A stretch of 64,000 nt of DNA, from NCBI GenBank assembly GCA_964247055.1, contig OZ176052.1, forward strand, positions 2,356,001 to 2,420,000, in the 5' to 3' direction. Positions 27,972-40,595 of the stretch are shown here, in pieces. This DNA is from Paragordius varius (lineage: Eukaryota; Animalia; Nematomorpha). The notes beneath the pieces are model-generated. The model was not told the DNA's origin, searched no databases, and saw nothing but the letters and a program-made list of their open reading frames with translations. The position numbers and the translations under genes are program-made. Every line of letters begins with the position of its first letter. Within the stretch, counting starts at the first letter, position 1.

Positions 27972-30900
27972 GATTTGAAGTGTACAAGGGTAAATTTGAA
28001 GATATATAGTATATACAGTAATAAAACATTTTCCAAATAGACATCTTCCCGACTTAGATACTTTGGCATTGTTCAAAAGGCATTTCACGACAGTTGAATT
28101 TTTGCAAGGCAAAGTCACGGATCCCAATGATTTGAAGAGGGTCAAGGTACATAGATAGTCCTTTTTCCTACACAATATAATTAAAATTATCTAATTGTAT
28201 TATATTATAAATATACCATTCATTAATTTGCTGATAAATAGCTTAATAACTAGATTTAATAAAATAAATCATATAAACCCCGCTTTGAAGTTGTTTTCCG
28301 CTGGATAGGGAAACGGTTTCATAAAAATTTATTTTTGGACAATTTTGTAAACCAACACTGATTTGGCCCAATCGATATTAAACGGTGTCCACCATTTTAT
28401 ATTGGTCTAAAAAATTTTGAATCCATAAAATAGTGGTTGATTTTTAACTTAAATGCCGGTTTTTTGAATATCCACGATTTTTTATAATATATAGTTGGAA
28501 GAGGCCGATGCTTGTTTAGTATTAGCAAACAAATATGCAGAAGATCCTGATGCAGAAGACGCGGCCAACATTATGAGAGTTATTTCTATCAAAAACTTTT
28601 GTGCCGATATTCGTGTACTTATACAATTGCTTCAATACCATAACAAGGTTAATAAATATTATTTAATGGTGTTTATTTAGAATATGAAAGCTTTTTTATA
28701 TTTTACCTATATATCTTTTTTATCATAAAATTTGTTCAAAAATGTGAATTATATCATAACCAAATTCGACAAACACTATTACACTAAGGAGTCTGACTGG
28801 TATTAACACTTCGATTCAAATTGAGGTATCTAAATACCCCAGACTAAATTTAAATTAGGTTTTTTGAAAAACTACTGAAGGAAACGGTCCCAATTTAAAT
28901 TTATGCGTCTATCCTAATAAAAATTATAACAAAATATTTAAATAGGAACCTTAAATGACTGCAATCATTAGCGATCGAAGTGGGTATTACATTTTATCCA
29001 GTCAAAATCCCGTCCCTATAAGTTATTTGTATTTTAGTTTACAATATTTTACTTAATATTGGAAACCTTAACCATGTTACTTTGAGTTTTACAAAAATAT
29101 GTATAGAGATTTCTAAAAAACTTTATTACCAACAATTAATTAGGCCTACCTCCTTAATATCCCCAGTTGGAATTGGAAATTGGGGGATGATGTGATATGC
29201 ATATCAGAACTAAAACTCGGTTTTATAGCTCAAAGTTGTTTAGCTATGGGTTTCTCCACCATGGTTGCCAACCTTTTTGCCATGCGCTCATACAAAACGG
29301 TACAATCAGTTTTTATTTCAATTTACAAAACTTACTATACATAAAAAGTTGAAATTATACTACGACAACGCGTGAAATCAAGACGTATATATTTCTAAAG
29401 ATCGTTGCAGCGTTTTAAATTCAAAGTATGAAATAGAAAAGTAATTTGACATACAATCAATTTTTTGTTAACTGTAATCAAGTAATTTATATATAAAATC
29501 AAGGAACAAGTACGCCTATCTTTTGAAAAAATATTTGTCTATGTTTTTACGTTTGGTCTGTATAATTTCAATTTTTAACGTATTTTTTAGATAAGAAAAG
29601 ACCGTTAATTTTTATTATATCGAATAATAGAGGGTGATTTAATATAACTAGTGTCATTATTGTAAATTTTAGCTGCCAAATATGCAAAAATGGCAAAATG
29701 ATTACTTAAGAGGAGCCGGTATGGAAATTTATACTGAAATTTTGTCTAGTTCCTTCATTGATATGACATTCCCACAAGCTGCCGAGTATATTACACTTTA
29801 TTTTTTCCCAAAATTTTTTAATGTGTGGTATTCTATTAAATACATCAAGATTATTTATTTTCTGTGAATGCATAAAAAAACTTTAACCTTCATATTTTTT
29901 TGGGTAATAACAAACACTATTTAAAACTTTTCACCGATTTTAACAAATTGATTTTTTGGAAATTACTCACACTATATTGATATTATGTATTGATGGTTTT
30001 TTATCAAATTTTCGTATATTTGCATTATTTAGATTGTGCTTTACAAAACTAAAGCTTTTACTCCTGGCCATTGAAGTAAGGTCAGACAATATGATAGAAG
30101 GCGGAACAATACTAATTAATCCTGGTCCCGCCACAAAAATCCGAATGGGTTGTCCTGGATTTTTTATCGCTCAATCTGCCGATGAGGTTAAAAGGTTTGA
30201 ACACTGCATATTAATTTTTTAAGAGAGTCATTTTTTAAATTTGATTTAACATACGTTTTAATTTCAAATATTATAAATATCGACAATAAAAGCTGATTTT
30301 GAATTCTATTGAAGGTTAAAATTAAATTAATTTAAATCATGATTTTGTCCTTTAGAGCCTCAAATTACTGCAAACAATGCCACAAAGATGTCACTGATGT
30401 CGCTATGATCAAAAAGTGCAAATGCAAAAATAGTAATTAATATATGAAAAATTTAGCCTATTTTATGGTTAAAATTTATTTTTTTAAAAATTTACAATAC
30501 TATATATATTATTCATTTATTTTATAAATATATCTAAATTATCAAAAATTACAATTCCATAATTATAATTAATTGTTTATAGTTGCCAAATTGAAACAGG
30601 GTATTAAAACAGTTCAAGCCTTTAGCGGTAAGTTTTGTGTAATTTTGCAACACCGCTGTGTGTTTGAAACATACTATTTTGTGCATTAAAAAATTGTTTT
30701 AGTTTGAGAGTGGCTTTTATACAGTAACGACTACTTTTATGGGCCATATCTGTATTTTAAATGGTTAAAGGGTTATTTAAGTTACATGTCAGTTGTTGTC
30801 ATGTATGATACCTTTTATTTTATAGTCACGTATTTAATCAATATGGTATTCAATAATTTAACTAAGAAAAACCAAAAATCTCATACTACACTGACTTGTA

Positions 30901-33900
30901 AATTACAGTATGCATTTTAATGGTTTTTACACTATAGTTGTGCAATTTGCAACTCAGAAGTGTCTGACAAAAGAAAGGAATAATTGTTTATACAACATTT
31001 TATTAATTTTCCACACACTGCTGTGTTGCAAATTGCCCAACTATAGTGCTGTGAAATAAGCAACCATAAAAATGCATATTGTAAATACCTTTTTAGAGTT
31101 TCAAAATACAGATATGGCCTAGAAATAGTGTTCTTTGCTGTTTTATGATTGATTGCTTACGAAGTTTGCTTGTTGTCGCATATATATACTTAAAAAAGAT
31201 TCAAATTGAGAATCTCTATGTTTGCTGTGATGAGTGAAACTTTCTGGTTGTGTACATTAATACTTTGTCTATCAAGAAAATGTATTTGTCTTTTTTCATA
31301 TATGATTTTAATATTAAACGGGTGGTTTCTATTAATTTTAATGTGGTGTGCTTATGCATCCTCTGCTTTTTTAAATTAAACACTTCCAATTTGGATCAAA
31401 ATTGTACCAAATTAAATGTTTTTCTGGGAGATATTTTCTTGAACAAAAACATATTGTAATTAAAGTAGTATGTATTTGAAAAATTATTAAATATAAAAAA
31501 TACAATATCAGGGCCTGATCAAATGTTAAATATTCGAAACCTAAAAATGGTGTTTGAAGTTGGTTTCCGTTTCAGTCCCTATTTTTCATTTTCTAAACGT
31601 TTAGCACGGTTTCAAAATATAAAATAATGGAATTGATTTGGATTCTTCCCATATTATACAATTCCAGAGCCGGTTTTCGCAAAAAAGTAACTAGATATAA
31701 AGTGACTGAACCTCGTGGCTGTTCTGAATGTTTTGTTGTAAGGCGTGGTTGTCTTTGTAAAGCCTTGAGACACGGTTTTTTTGGTTGAAATTCTAAACTA
31801 AGAACAAAAGATTTCGCTAAAATCACATAATCTTATGAGTAATTTCTTTTCCTAATTCGAAAAACTAAAAATTTAGGGCTATACTATACACTCTTAATTG
31901 GTTTTCTTAAATTTAAATAACTATTTTTTCTACATTATCTTCATCCAATAGGCAGTGAAAATATATAATTGGTTCCAACTCTCCAAAATAGATAAATAAG
32001 CAAAAATTGATATAATTCAAAAACTGTAATTAGGTATGGTACAATTTTGATTCAAAATTGAAACAGAGTACATGTTAAATAACTAAAAATATTTCATTAT
32101 ATTTTATTAATAAATTTTTCACTTGTTCTGCATTGTGTTTTAAGATTGCCTAGTTTTTGCACCATAAATTTAAAAGCTATATAATTGACTCATCTGGTTT
32201 TTAATTGGCGTAAGGAAAAAATATTTGTTATGCTCTGCAGCCAGATCTCAATCACAAAAAAAGTGAAAAGGTCATGATGTGTTAATTATGCAAATTAAAA
32301 AAAAATGATTCACATTCAATTTTTGCTTTTCCCTTAATTTTAAGGTTATCTTATACGCACACCATATACCTTACATTCAAATAATGCACCAATTAAAAAC
32401 AAATGAAGCAATAATATGGCTCTTAACTTATATATAAAATATGTCTAGTGTTATTTATTGTCGTCTTAATGCAACCAAAACTGTCTACAGTGTTTGAATG
32501 TCAAATGTGATAATTATGCGTATGTTTTATATTAATTATAAATTAATATTTGTCTAAACTCTAATATATTTTGCTCATCACAGCACAAAAATTTAAAGCT
32601 GCCTCGGTTGAAAAAACAGTTGGAACCACTTCGGCTACCGGAGGCCCGATAAAGGAACCAAGTCGGACATATTTTGTTTTATATATTTTATACATACTTC
32701 CAGCACTTGAAATTGACCCTTATTTAAACACTTTATACATTATTTTACAAATGTCCATATCAATTATTAATAATCCATTTCACTCTTAAACATATATCGA
32801 TCCTTAAACATTTTCAATTTTACACATAATGAAGTTTTAAGGAGTTGAAGTGTTATATTAAGCAGTATGAGTTTTTATTTTTTAAAAAGGAACTATTTTT
32901 GTTGAAAATATGCATATAAATAAAAAATGTAATTTTAAATTGTTTATTTAATATAATTAAAAGCGTTTAATAGAAAGTTTAAAACCTTAGTGGAATCTTT
33001 TTTTCTCGTTTTATATAATATCAGATTAGTTTAGGCTTTACCATTAATTCCAAAAACAAAAATATTTAGCGCTAAAAAGTATTGTAATCGCCATGAACCA
33101 GTGACCTTCGGAATCATATAAGTCTGTATAGTGTTATTTAACCTTTAGCATGAAAAATTATCATTTTTTTGCATCATAGAAATGTTATTAAGCGATTTGG
33201 TCACAACCCTGAAGGCGAGGAAAAGTACGGTAGAAAAATCTTCTAGTCTTTCACAGGCAGATTCTCAAACTCCTGGGCCAAATCCTTCCTCATTATCGGC
33301 TCAGGATATTAGGTTGCTGTTGTTTTTTTATAATAAATATGATATTGTCAAATTAAAACTAGGAGATAATTTTCGGATTATAACTGTTAAATCATCTAAA
33401 TAATTATATTAGCTATAAATGCGTGTTTAATTAAAATTTATTTATATATAATAATCATTTATATTTATATAATATATATATATATATATATATAGTGCAC
33501 AACCCATAGTACCCAAATTTTATGAAAGACGATTCGATATAACCGGAATGTTTCATTGGTGCCCGGAGAAAAAAATTGAAGAATGTTTGATAGTAATAAT
33601 ATTCTTTTTTAACCCTTTCTATAATTTTAAAGGTTTCAATATTTATCAGGTTTGCGTTAAAATGTCGATTTTATTTTAATAAATATTTTATTTTATAGTT
33701 ATAGATAATTGGAGTTTTGACTATATCTATGATATCATTTCGATATCCCAACCAAAAAATTTAACATTTGTATTAGGTAGCGTAACCTTTTGGTTTTTTG
33801 TATACAGCTAATTATTTATTCAACGGCGTTTGGCTTGAGAATTATTAACGCACAACTATGAAATGTAAATACTGTCGATTGAGATAATTGGTTGAATTTA

Positions 33901-36900
33901 AATTAAAAAAAATTTGTTTAAAAGGTTTCATAGTAACATTTTTCATCTCCTTTGGAAATTCAAAGAGAAAACAACGCCTTTTTACAACTCTTATCTTTAA
34001 CTGTCCCTGATTGCCATGATTCTATATACACCATAATAATTTTCAACGTTTTATTTTGATATGATGTGTTAGGCATTTATGAAAATCCCGTCTTTAATAT
34101 ACCATTTACGAATTAAATTCACCCTCAAACAATTCAAATACACCCTAAATATAAATGTGTTTGGCTAATATACTCATCATTAATATTAAATATTTCTTTA
34201 TGGCATTGTTAATTATTTTTTCACTATTATTTTAAGTTTAAACTAAATTTTTAAAATATAAAAAAATGGATTTACAATATTTAAAAAAAACATAATTTAT
34301 TTAAGGGTGAATTTGAATGGTTCAGGGGTGAATTCGACGTGTAAATGTATTTCATAATCACAGTATTGATTACAGTGTCATATTTAAATATCGACAGCAT
34401 AATTAGCACAACTTTTTCCGATTAATTATTGGAATTTAGCGTTTTTCGGATGATTAATCTACTTAAGTGTCTAGCAAACGCTATTATTTAGTCCAAATAA
34501 TAACTTCAAATCAAAAATTTAAGTTGCCCCACATCATATAATTTATCTCTCATATATATGATCAAATCGCTTTTCTTATATTACAGTATGAGTAAAAATA
34601 TGCTGGAAAGTTATTAATTATTCCTGCCAAATAGCATATGCAGCAAAGACAATTATTATTGGCTAATAATAGAGTAAAAATTGTAAAAAATAATTATAAG
34701 TTAATAATACTGTCCTTTGTTGTATATGCTATTTAGCAAAAATTAATAATAACTTTCTAGCAATGTATACATCTACTCATACTGTATTTGAAATATTAAT
34801 TTTCTATTTGTAGGATCCCGATCAAGCATCCGTAACGATTTGGAGCGGCCATGTTGTCGTCTGCATATTTGCTCAAAAAGATTCACCTCTCATTGGACTT
34901 CGCAATCTAATCATGCCCCTAAGAGCAAGTTGTTACCATTATCACGAACTTAAACACGTCATTTTGCTCGGTAACGTTGAATACTTGAGGAGAGAATGGA
35001 AGAATATTCATAATTTACCAAAAATATCTATCTATGATGTAAGTCATTTTTTATCAAAGTGTATATAATAGCCATAGGCTCTTAGGTTATCAATATAGTC
35101 TACTAGACCTTAAAAACAATTATAAATTTGATTATAGTTTTAAAAAGGGTTATATTTTTAATCGTTCACAATTAGAATCTATATCATTGATATTTTTTCT
35201 CATTGTTTGTGGTTTTATATCTATATAAACCTCTAAGGTTATAAATCATATTTTCAATAAAAAAGTAAAATTTTTCCAAGCAAGCGCAGTATTTTTCAAG
35301 CATGTTGCGTTTGCTTGGAAAAATTTTGTCTTTGCTTGTAAAAATGCCATTATTAAAAAAGTGTTGCTTTTGACTGAAGAATGATATATTATAATCAGTA
35401 AATTTCTAAAAGATAATATATAACTTTCCATATAAAGTTGTAATATCTATTTAACAAAAATTTGAATAAAATTTTTTTCCCCAACGATATAATGTTTTGA
35501 CTTCTCCATTTTTTGCGACACATGACAAAGGGTTCTCCCCTCATCCGTTCAGACCTTCGTGCCGTGAGTGTCAATCTGTGTGACATGTGCGTAATTTTAT
35601 CAGCTAAAGTCGCTCAAATCGAAGATACCACATTGGGAGATAAGGAAGCCATACTTGCAACGCTAAATATAAAAGCCATGAATTTTGATGAAGCCTTTGC
35701 CACTGTCCAAGAAGAAACTGGTATGTATAATTATAATTCTCTGAAATTATTTTATTTAAGAGTTGATTTATCATTAGAGTTGTGCTGACCAAGTCATGAC
35801 CCGGTCAATTGACCGAGTCATGACCAGGTCAGTGATTATTTATTTTTTGACCATGGTCATTAAAAATACAGCTGTTTTTTGAAAAATTGGTAGTAAATTT
35901 TTGGAAAAGAGATAGTAAGATTTTATTGTTTTTTATATTTCTTAAAAAATTTTAATATTTAAATATGCTTATTTAACAATATATTGAAAACTCTTAAACA
36001 TGCATCCTTATAACATTAGCACCCAAGCATATACAGTTTTTCCAAAAAACAAAACAATCGAGCACTTTGCAAAATAAGCAATTATTCTATATATGTAAAC
36101 CACTAAAATGAATAATTTTTAATTGGATATTTCAATGATGAAAGAATGTGTAAAACAAACTAGGTAATTTTTTTTTGAAATATCCAGTAGTAAAAGCTAA
36201 GTATTTGAAGATGAAGGTCACAAACATGTGGCAAAAATTTAATTGAAAACAAAAGTCGTGATTAAATTTGATTAAAAATATTTGTAAATAATAAATATAA
36301 AAAAATGTATAATACAAACTTTTAAGAAAAATGACATTATTAGTAAAACGAAAGTGTCGTTCAAACCTTATTTTCACAATCCAATATCGCATAAGTAAAA
36401 AGTGCTGGGTCTAGCCGGACTTTTTTGAAAAAGCAGTCAAATGCACAACCCTATTTATCATGCTCAAAATATTATATAGAAAGAATTTATTATTTTCTTC
36501 GAAATATACGAAATAATTTACAGTTTAGGGTTGGGTTAATAATCGAAAAATGGTGCATTTTGTATGAAAGCTAACAGAAATCACATTTTTTTTATAAACA
36601 TAAATATAAATACCCTCCCTAAAAAGATATACTATGCTTGTTATATAGTTGCGACCATAAAGGTCCTTAGTTTTATCTGAACAAATTTTAGCTAACAATG
36701 GTTTGCTAATGTAATATTTTCAATATGAAATGCGTTTTAGGTGTGGCTCTAGTCAATATCCCTGCATCTATGTCACATCATGATAGAGGTTATCACCGCA
36801 AAGGAACCTCCATTCCAATGATAACAGAACTGAGTATATTTATATAAGGATAATAATAAATAATCTCTTCCTTATAATTTATATCATATTTAATTTTTTC

Positions 36901-39900
36901 AAAGTTTTTAAAATTGACAAAAAATGTTTTAGGTTAAAGTTATTGGTTTTTAAATATGTTAATAAATTAATTTATCCGGCTTTAAATGACTGAGATGCTT
37001 CACCATTTACACTTCAAATTCACCCTTGAACAATTTAAATTTACCCTAAAATAAATTATGTGTTTTCAACGATTAAAAATTACTTATATTTTTTTATATA
37101 AAAAAATGAAATTTTGTTTAAAATTAAAATAAGGAAAAATTAATAAACCATGCCATAAAGATTTATTTCATATTAAAAAATGATTTATATAAGCCCGAAA
37201 ACACATGATTATTCTAGGGTGAATATGATTTGTTTAAGGGTGAATTTGAATTGTAAGAGGGGGAATTCAAATTGTTCGAGGGTGATTTAAATTGTACAGG
37301 GGTGAATCTGAATCGTTCAAGGGTTTTAAAATTTCTATGAAAAAGGTATATTAAAATACTTTATATGTGTTCAAATATCACAAAGTTAAATTTACACGCA
37401 AATCATATAACGTATGTAATTTTAACTCTATATTATATTTTATGTTCTCATTGTTTTCTTAACCAGTGAATGACTCAAATGTTCAATTTTTGGACCAAGA
37501 TGATGACGATGATCCAGATACGGAATTATATTTAACTCAACCGTTCGCTTGTGGCACAGCTTTTGCCGTTAGCGTTTTAGATTCTATTATGAGCACAGTA
37601 AGATATTTTAATTTCACTATTTTTTTCTTTTGGTTCAAAAAAACGAGGTTTACTTGCTTTTAATGATTTTTTTTCTCCATTTAATTATTGTTGATTTTTT
37701 TAATTTATATACCAAATAATGTGCAAAATTAATTTATCCATTGCCCGAAATGTGATTTTATTAAAAGTGTGTCATAAGATGTGTGTATGTGTTATGTTTA
37801 TTTCTACAGTCGAGGTCGACTTTTTGCAATATAAAACTTCTCCATAGGTTGGAATTTTTAGTTTTAGTGTAGATTTCTGCCATGGTTGCGTTTGTTCCTT
37901 TTAAAATATTGTCCATCCACCTTATCCTTCTCCCACCCCTTTTACGTGTAGCACTCTCTTTTCCCAATATCAAAGATTTTTCAAGTTAATTAGATCAGAT
38001 AATGTGGCCAAAGTAGGATAGTTTAGTGCGGTTGGACATTCCAAGCACTGACATATGGTGTTGGTTATTTAAAATTGCGTTGTTAGTTATTTTCCCTGTT
38101 TTAAATGTCTGCAAAGACCTTTTGTTGCAAAATATAGCGCATTCACAAAAATATTTTATTTTCTTGTATTATTTTATATATTTTAAAAGATGCAATGTGA
38201 TAATTATTTTTTGGGGGCCAATTTTTTTTTCCTACGAATTAACAAAAAACAAATTAAACAATAATGTTTTTATATTAACTTTTTTCCCATGATTTAGACA
38301 TACTTTAATGCAAATGCCCTAACCCTAATTCGTACACTTATAACTGGGGGCGCTACACCAGAGTTAGAATTAACTCTGGCAGAAGGCTCAGGGCTCCGAG
38401 GCGGATATTCAACCCAAAAAATCTTGAAAAATCGTGATAGATGCCGTATCGCTCAATTACCACTCTGGGAGGGTCCACTTTCTTCATTTGGGGTTTGATT
38501 TTACAAATATGAATTTTAGCTTTTTTTTTTATCTTTTAGTAAGTTAGAATTGCATTAAATAATTTATTTAATAATATTTTTTTTTATGAAATAAAAGTAT
38601 TTAATTGTAGTTTGGCTGTAAAAGGGTCAAACTATATATCAATCTTAAAATGCAAAATAAAAAATACCCTGAATTCTTCATATGGGGTTTGATTTTACAA
38701 ATATGAATTTTAGCTTTTTTTATCTTTAAGTAGGTTAAGAAAAATATTTTATTTAATATAATAATTTTTTGATAAAATAAAAGCTTTAAACTGTAGTTTG
38801 GCTGTAAAGGGTCTAATTATATACCAATCTTAAAATACCAAATAAAAAAATACCGGGAGGCATTGTTTCGTAGTTTTTTCAGAGTTAAAGACCAATTTTA
38901 TAAGCGTTATGTGATCACATGTATTAACAACTAATAAATTTAATTTTAAAATCAAACTATAATTTAATGCAAGATGTTACCGGGTACTTTTATTACCTTA
39001 ATAAGCATTTATTGCTTTTGCTCGACGGTTTTTTATTATCTAAGAAAAAAATAATAATGAACAAAATTTTTATTTATCAAAATGTATAGGAGGGCTCCTT
39101 GTACAGTGATCTTTTTTGTGCGGCTATGCGAAAATATTCAATGCTCTGTTTAGGCATTTATCGTATCAAAGATGCCAATTCACTCATTAAAAATATTTGT
39201 TCGTCGGCAAAACGTTACGTTATCACAAATCCCGAGGACGATTTTTTGCTTCTTAAAACGGATCAAGTTTTTGACGATTAAAATTTTATTTTAACCATTT
39301 TTTTGCAAAAAAGCTGATAAATTTAATTATGCCTTTAATATAAACCAGGGGTGTCCCAAATTCACGCTGCCTTCAAAAAAAATTACAGCCCCCCAAAAAT
39401 AGATAAAAAGAATACAAATAAATACAATCGATTAAATTTCAAAAATTATCTCAATAAAATTATGAAAGTTACATCATTTACTCGAAATATTATTTTTTGA
39501 TAATATTTAGATATTATACATTTCATTTACCATTAATGTTCGATAAAGATTTATGGCCATTTAATAATTATAGAGGAAAAATTGAAATTATACGGACAAA
39601 ACGTAAAAATATAAAAATAAATATTTTTATTGAAAAAACAATCATCATACTTTTTAAATTTTGAATTTTTTAAATAAAACTCATTGTCTGAAATTGCTCA
39701 GTATGGAATAAAGATATAAATTGCAATATATTATGTATTTTACGTGTATTTAATTGATTGATAGGGAATAAATTAAGGTTTAAATAAGCTTGGTTGTCTT
39801 TTACAAAACAATTTATTATCTTATATTTCATTTTGTCCGTATAATTTCAATTTTTACTGCATATGCCATATATTACTTTCATATATGAATTTGGCAAAGT

Positions 39901-40595
39901 AATGAGTTCATTAAGGTTAAAATCATTATCTATTCACAATTTTTGCATAGACGAAAACCGTTAAAATAACTAAATTCAAATTTCTTATTGTTGTATAAAT
40001 CTTCTTGATTTTTAAAAATGTAAACTCAGACTTCTTCAATTTTGTCAACTAAATTAAAATTGTAAAATAATTAGTAGTTATATAGTGGTATACAATCCGA
40101 TGATTGAAATATAATCAAATATTGAATGTTCAGTTATTTTTGTTGTTCATGAAGTTCAAATTTATGCTGACCGCCATTTGTCTTACACACCTGTCTGATT
40201 TAAACATAAGTTTTATTACGTCATATACAGTATGCATTTTAATGGTTGCTCTGCACTATAGTTGGGCAATATGCAACACAGTAAGGTATGGAAAAAACAA
40301 CAAAATGTTAAATAAACAATTTTTCCTTTCTTTTTTCCATACACTCACTCTTGTGTAGCCAATTGCCCAACTGCTGGGAAATAAGCAAAACCATTTAAAT
40401 GCATACTGTTTTATTGAAGGTATCGATTGCCATTATATTTCTAGTATGATTTTTTTAATTGGGTTTTAATGTGTTTTAGTGTTTTCTATAACACATTTAA
40501 ACATTAAAAATATTTTCTATTAAAAGTATTTTTTGTATTAGGTGTTTGTTCTACAACAATATGATCCGGATATGCATGAGAGACCTCATGTTTAA
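19377..40595 (+). CDS. slo-1: Large-conductance Ca2+-activated K+ channel alpha subunit (slowpoke/BK/KCNMA1 ortholog), about 1461 aa
   Basis: 24 exons: 19377-20780, 21978-22136, 25195-25306, 26481-26632, 27101-27271, 27366-27457, 27533-27643, 28041-28146, 28495-28647, 29144-29299, 29673-29785, 30033-30194, 30356-30432, 30583-30627, 32584-32661, 33180-33312, 33496-33592, 34814-35038, 35531-35720, 36741-36833, 37467-37597, 38298-38492, 39090-39266, 40542-40595 (4386 nt, phases all compatible). Contains S0 (ERYWWSFL), [14 protein letters not shown]4 [10 protein letters not shown], pore TVGYGD, RCK1 HVVVCGH, heme motif [16 protein letters not shown], calcium bowl [12 protein letters not shown] and terminal VFVLQQYDP. 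Linker exons 15-16 are less certain. Confidence 0.95.
22191..22237. repeat. (AT)n microsatellite; others at about 27925-27968, 16460-16483, 33475-33493
   Basis: Seen directly. Confidence 0.9.
22238..23655 (-). mobile_element. Non-autonomous Helitron-like element in slo intron 2
   Basis: On the minus strand it ends CTAG|T (22238-22241) and has a GC-rich hairpin CTCG-T-GCTGC-TAC-GCAGC-C-CGAG (22249-22271) 7 nt inside. Internal duplicated blocks (about 22406-22495 vs 23190-23280; about 22710 vs 23020); microsatellites at both ends. 5' boundary approximate. Confidence 0.6.
25465..25684. repeat. 220-bp near-perfect foldback (MITE-like, TA-flanked) in slo intron 3
   Basis: TA|CAGTCATGAATCCTTTATTT...CGTTAAATGGG...GGTAAAGAATG..AAGAGCTCTATA / TATAGAGCTCTT..CATTCTTTACC...CCCATTTAACG...AAATAAAGGATACATGACTG|TA. 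Confidence 0.8.
30904..31083. mobile_element. MITE family C (about 180 bp, TIR CAGTATGCATTTTAATGGTT)
   Basis: Inverted termini with TA flanks; second copy at 40226-40409. Confidence 0.7.
34582..34786. mobile_element. MITE family D (about 200-bp foldback, TIR CAGTATGAGTA)
   Basis: Arms GCTGGAAAGTTATTAATT..CAAATAGCATAT are inverted; other copies at 48369-48560 and about 50680-50839. Confidence 0.7.
35786..35859. promoter_or_regulatory. Cluster of palindromic TGACC-N-RGTCA motifs (nuclear-receptor half-site-like)
   Basis: TGACCAAGTCA TGACCCGGTCA AT TGACCGAGTCA TGACCAGGTCA ... TGACCATGGTCA. The sequence is seen directly; function is inferred. Confidence 0.4.
37761..38050 (-). mobile_element. 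RTE-type LINE 3' fragment (antisense, in slo intron 21)
   Basis: Encodes [19 protein letters not shown], the RTE/BovB-like ORF C-terminus. Confidence 0.7.
38481..38854 (+). repeat. Tandem duplication (about 190 bp x 2) covering the slo exon 22 donor site
   Basis: 38481-38668 and 38675-38854 both start TCTTCAT(T/A)TGGG|GTTTGATTTTACAAATATGAATTTTAGC and end AAAAATACC. Confidence 0.85.

Noticed and set aside
27272-29672. Mutually exclusive duplicated slo exons as in Drosophila or C. elegans
   Set aside because: No second copy of the S6 or RCK1 exons was seen in these introns.
29730-29732. Ile in GMEIYTE initially suspected to be the M513I Ca2+-site mutation
   Set aside because: Counting residues shows M513/R514 are in LFAMRS and conserved; this Ile corresponds to M536.
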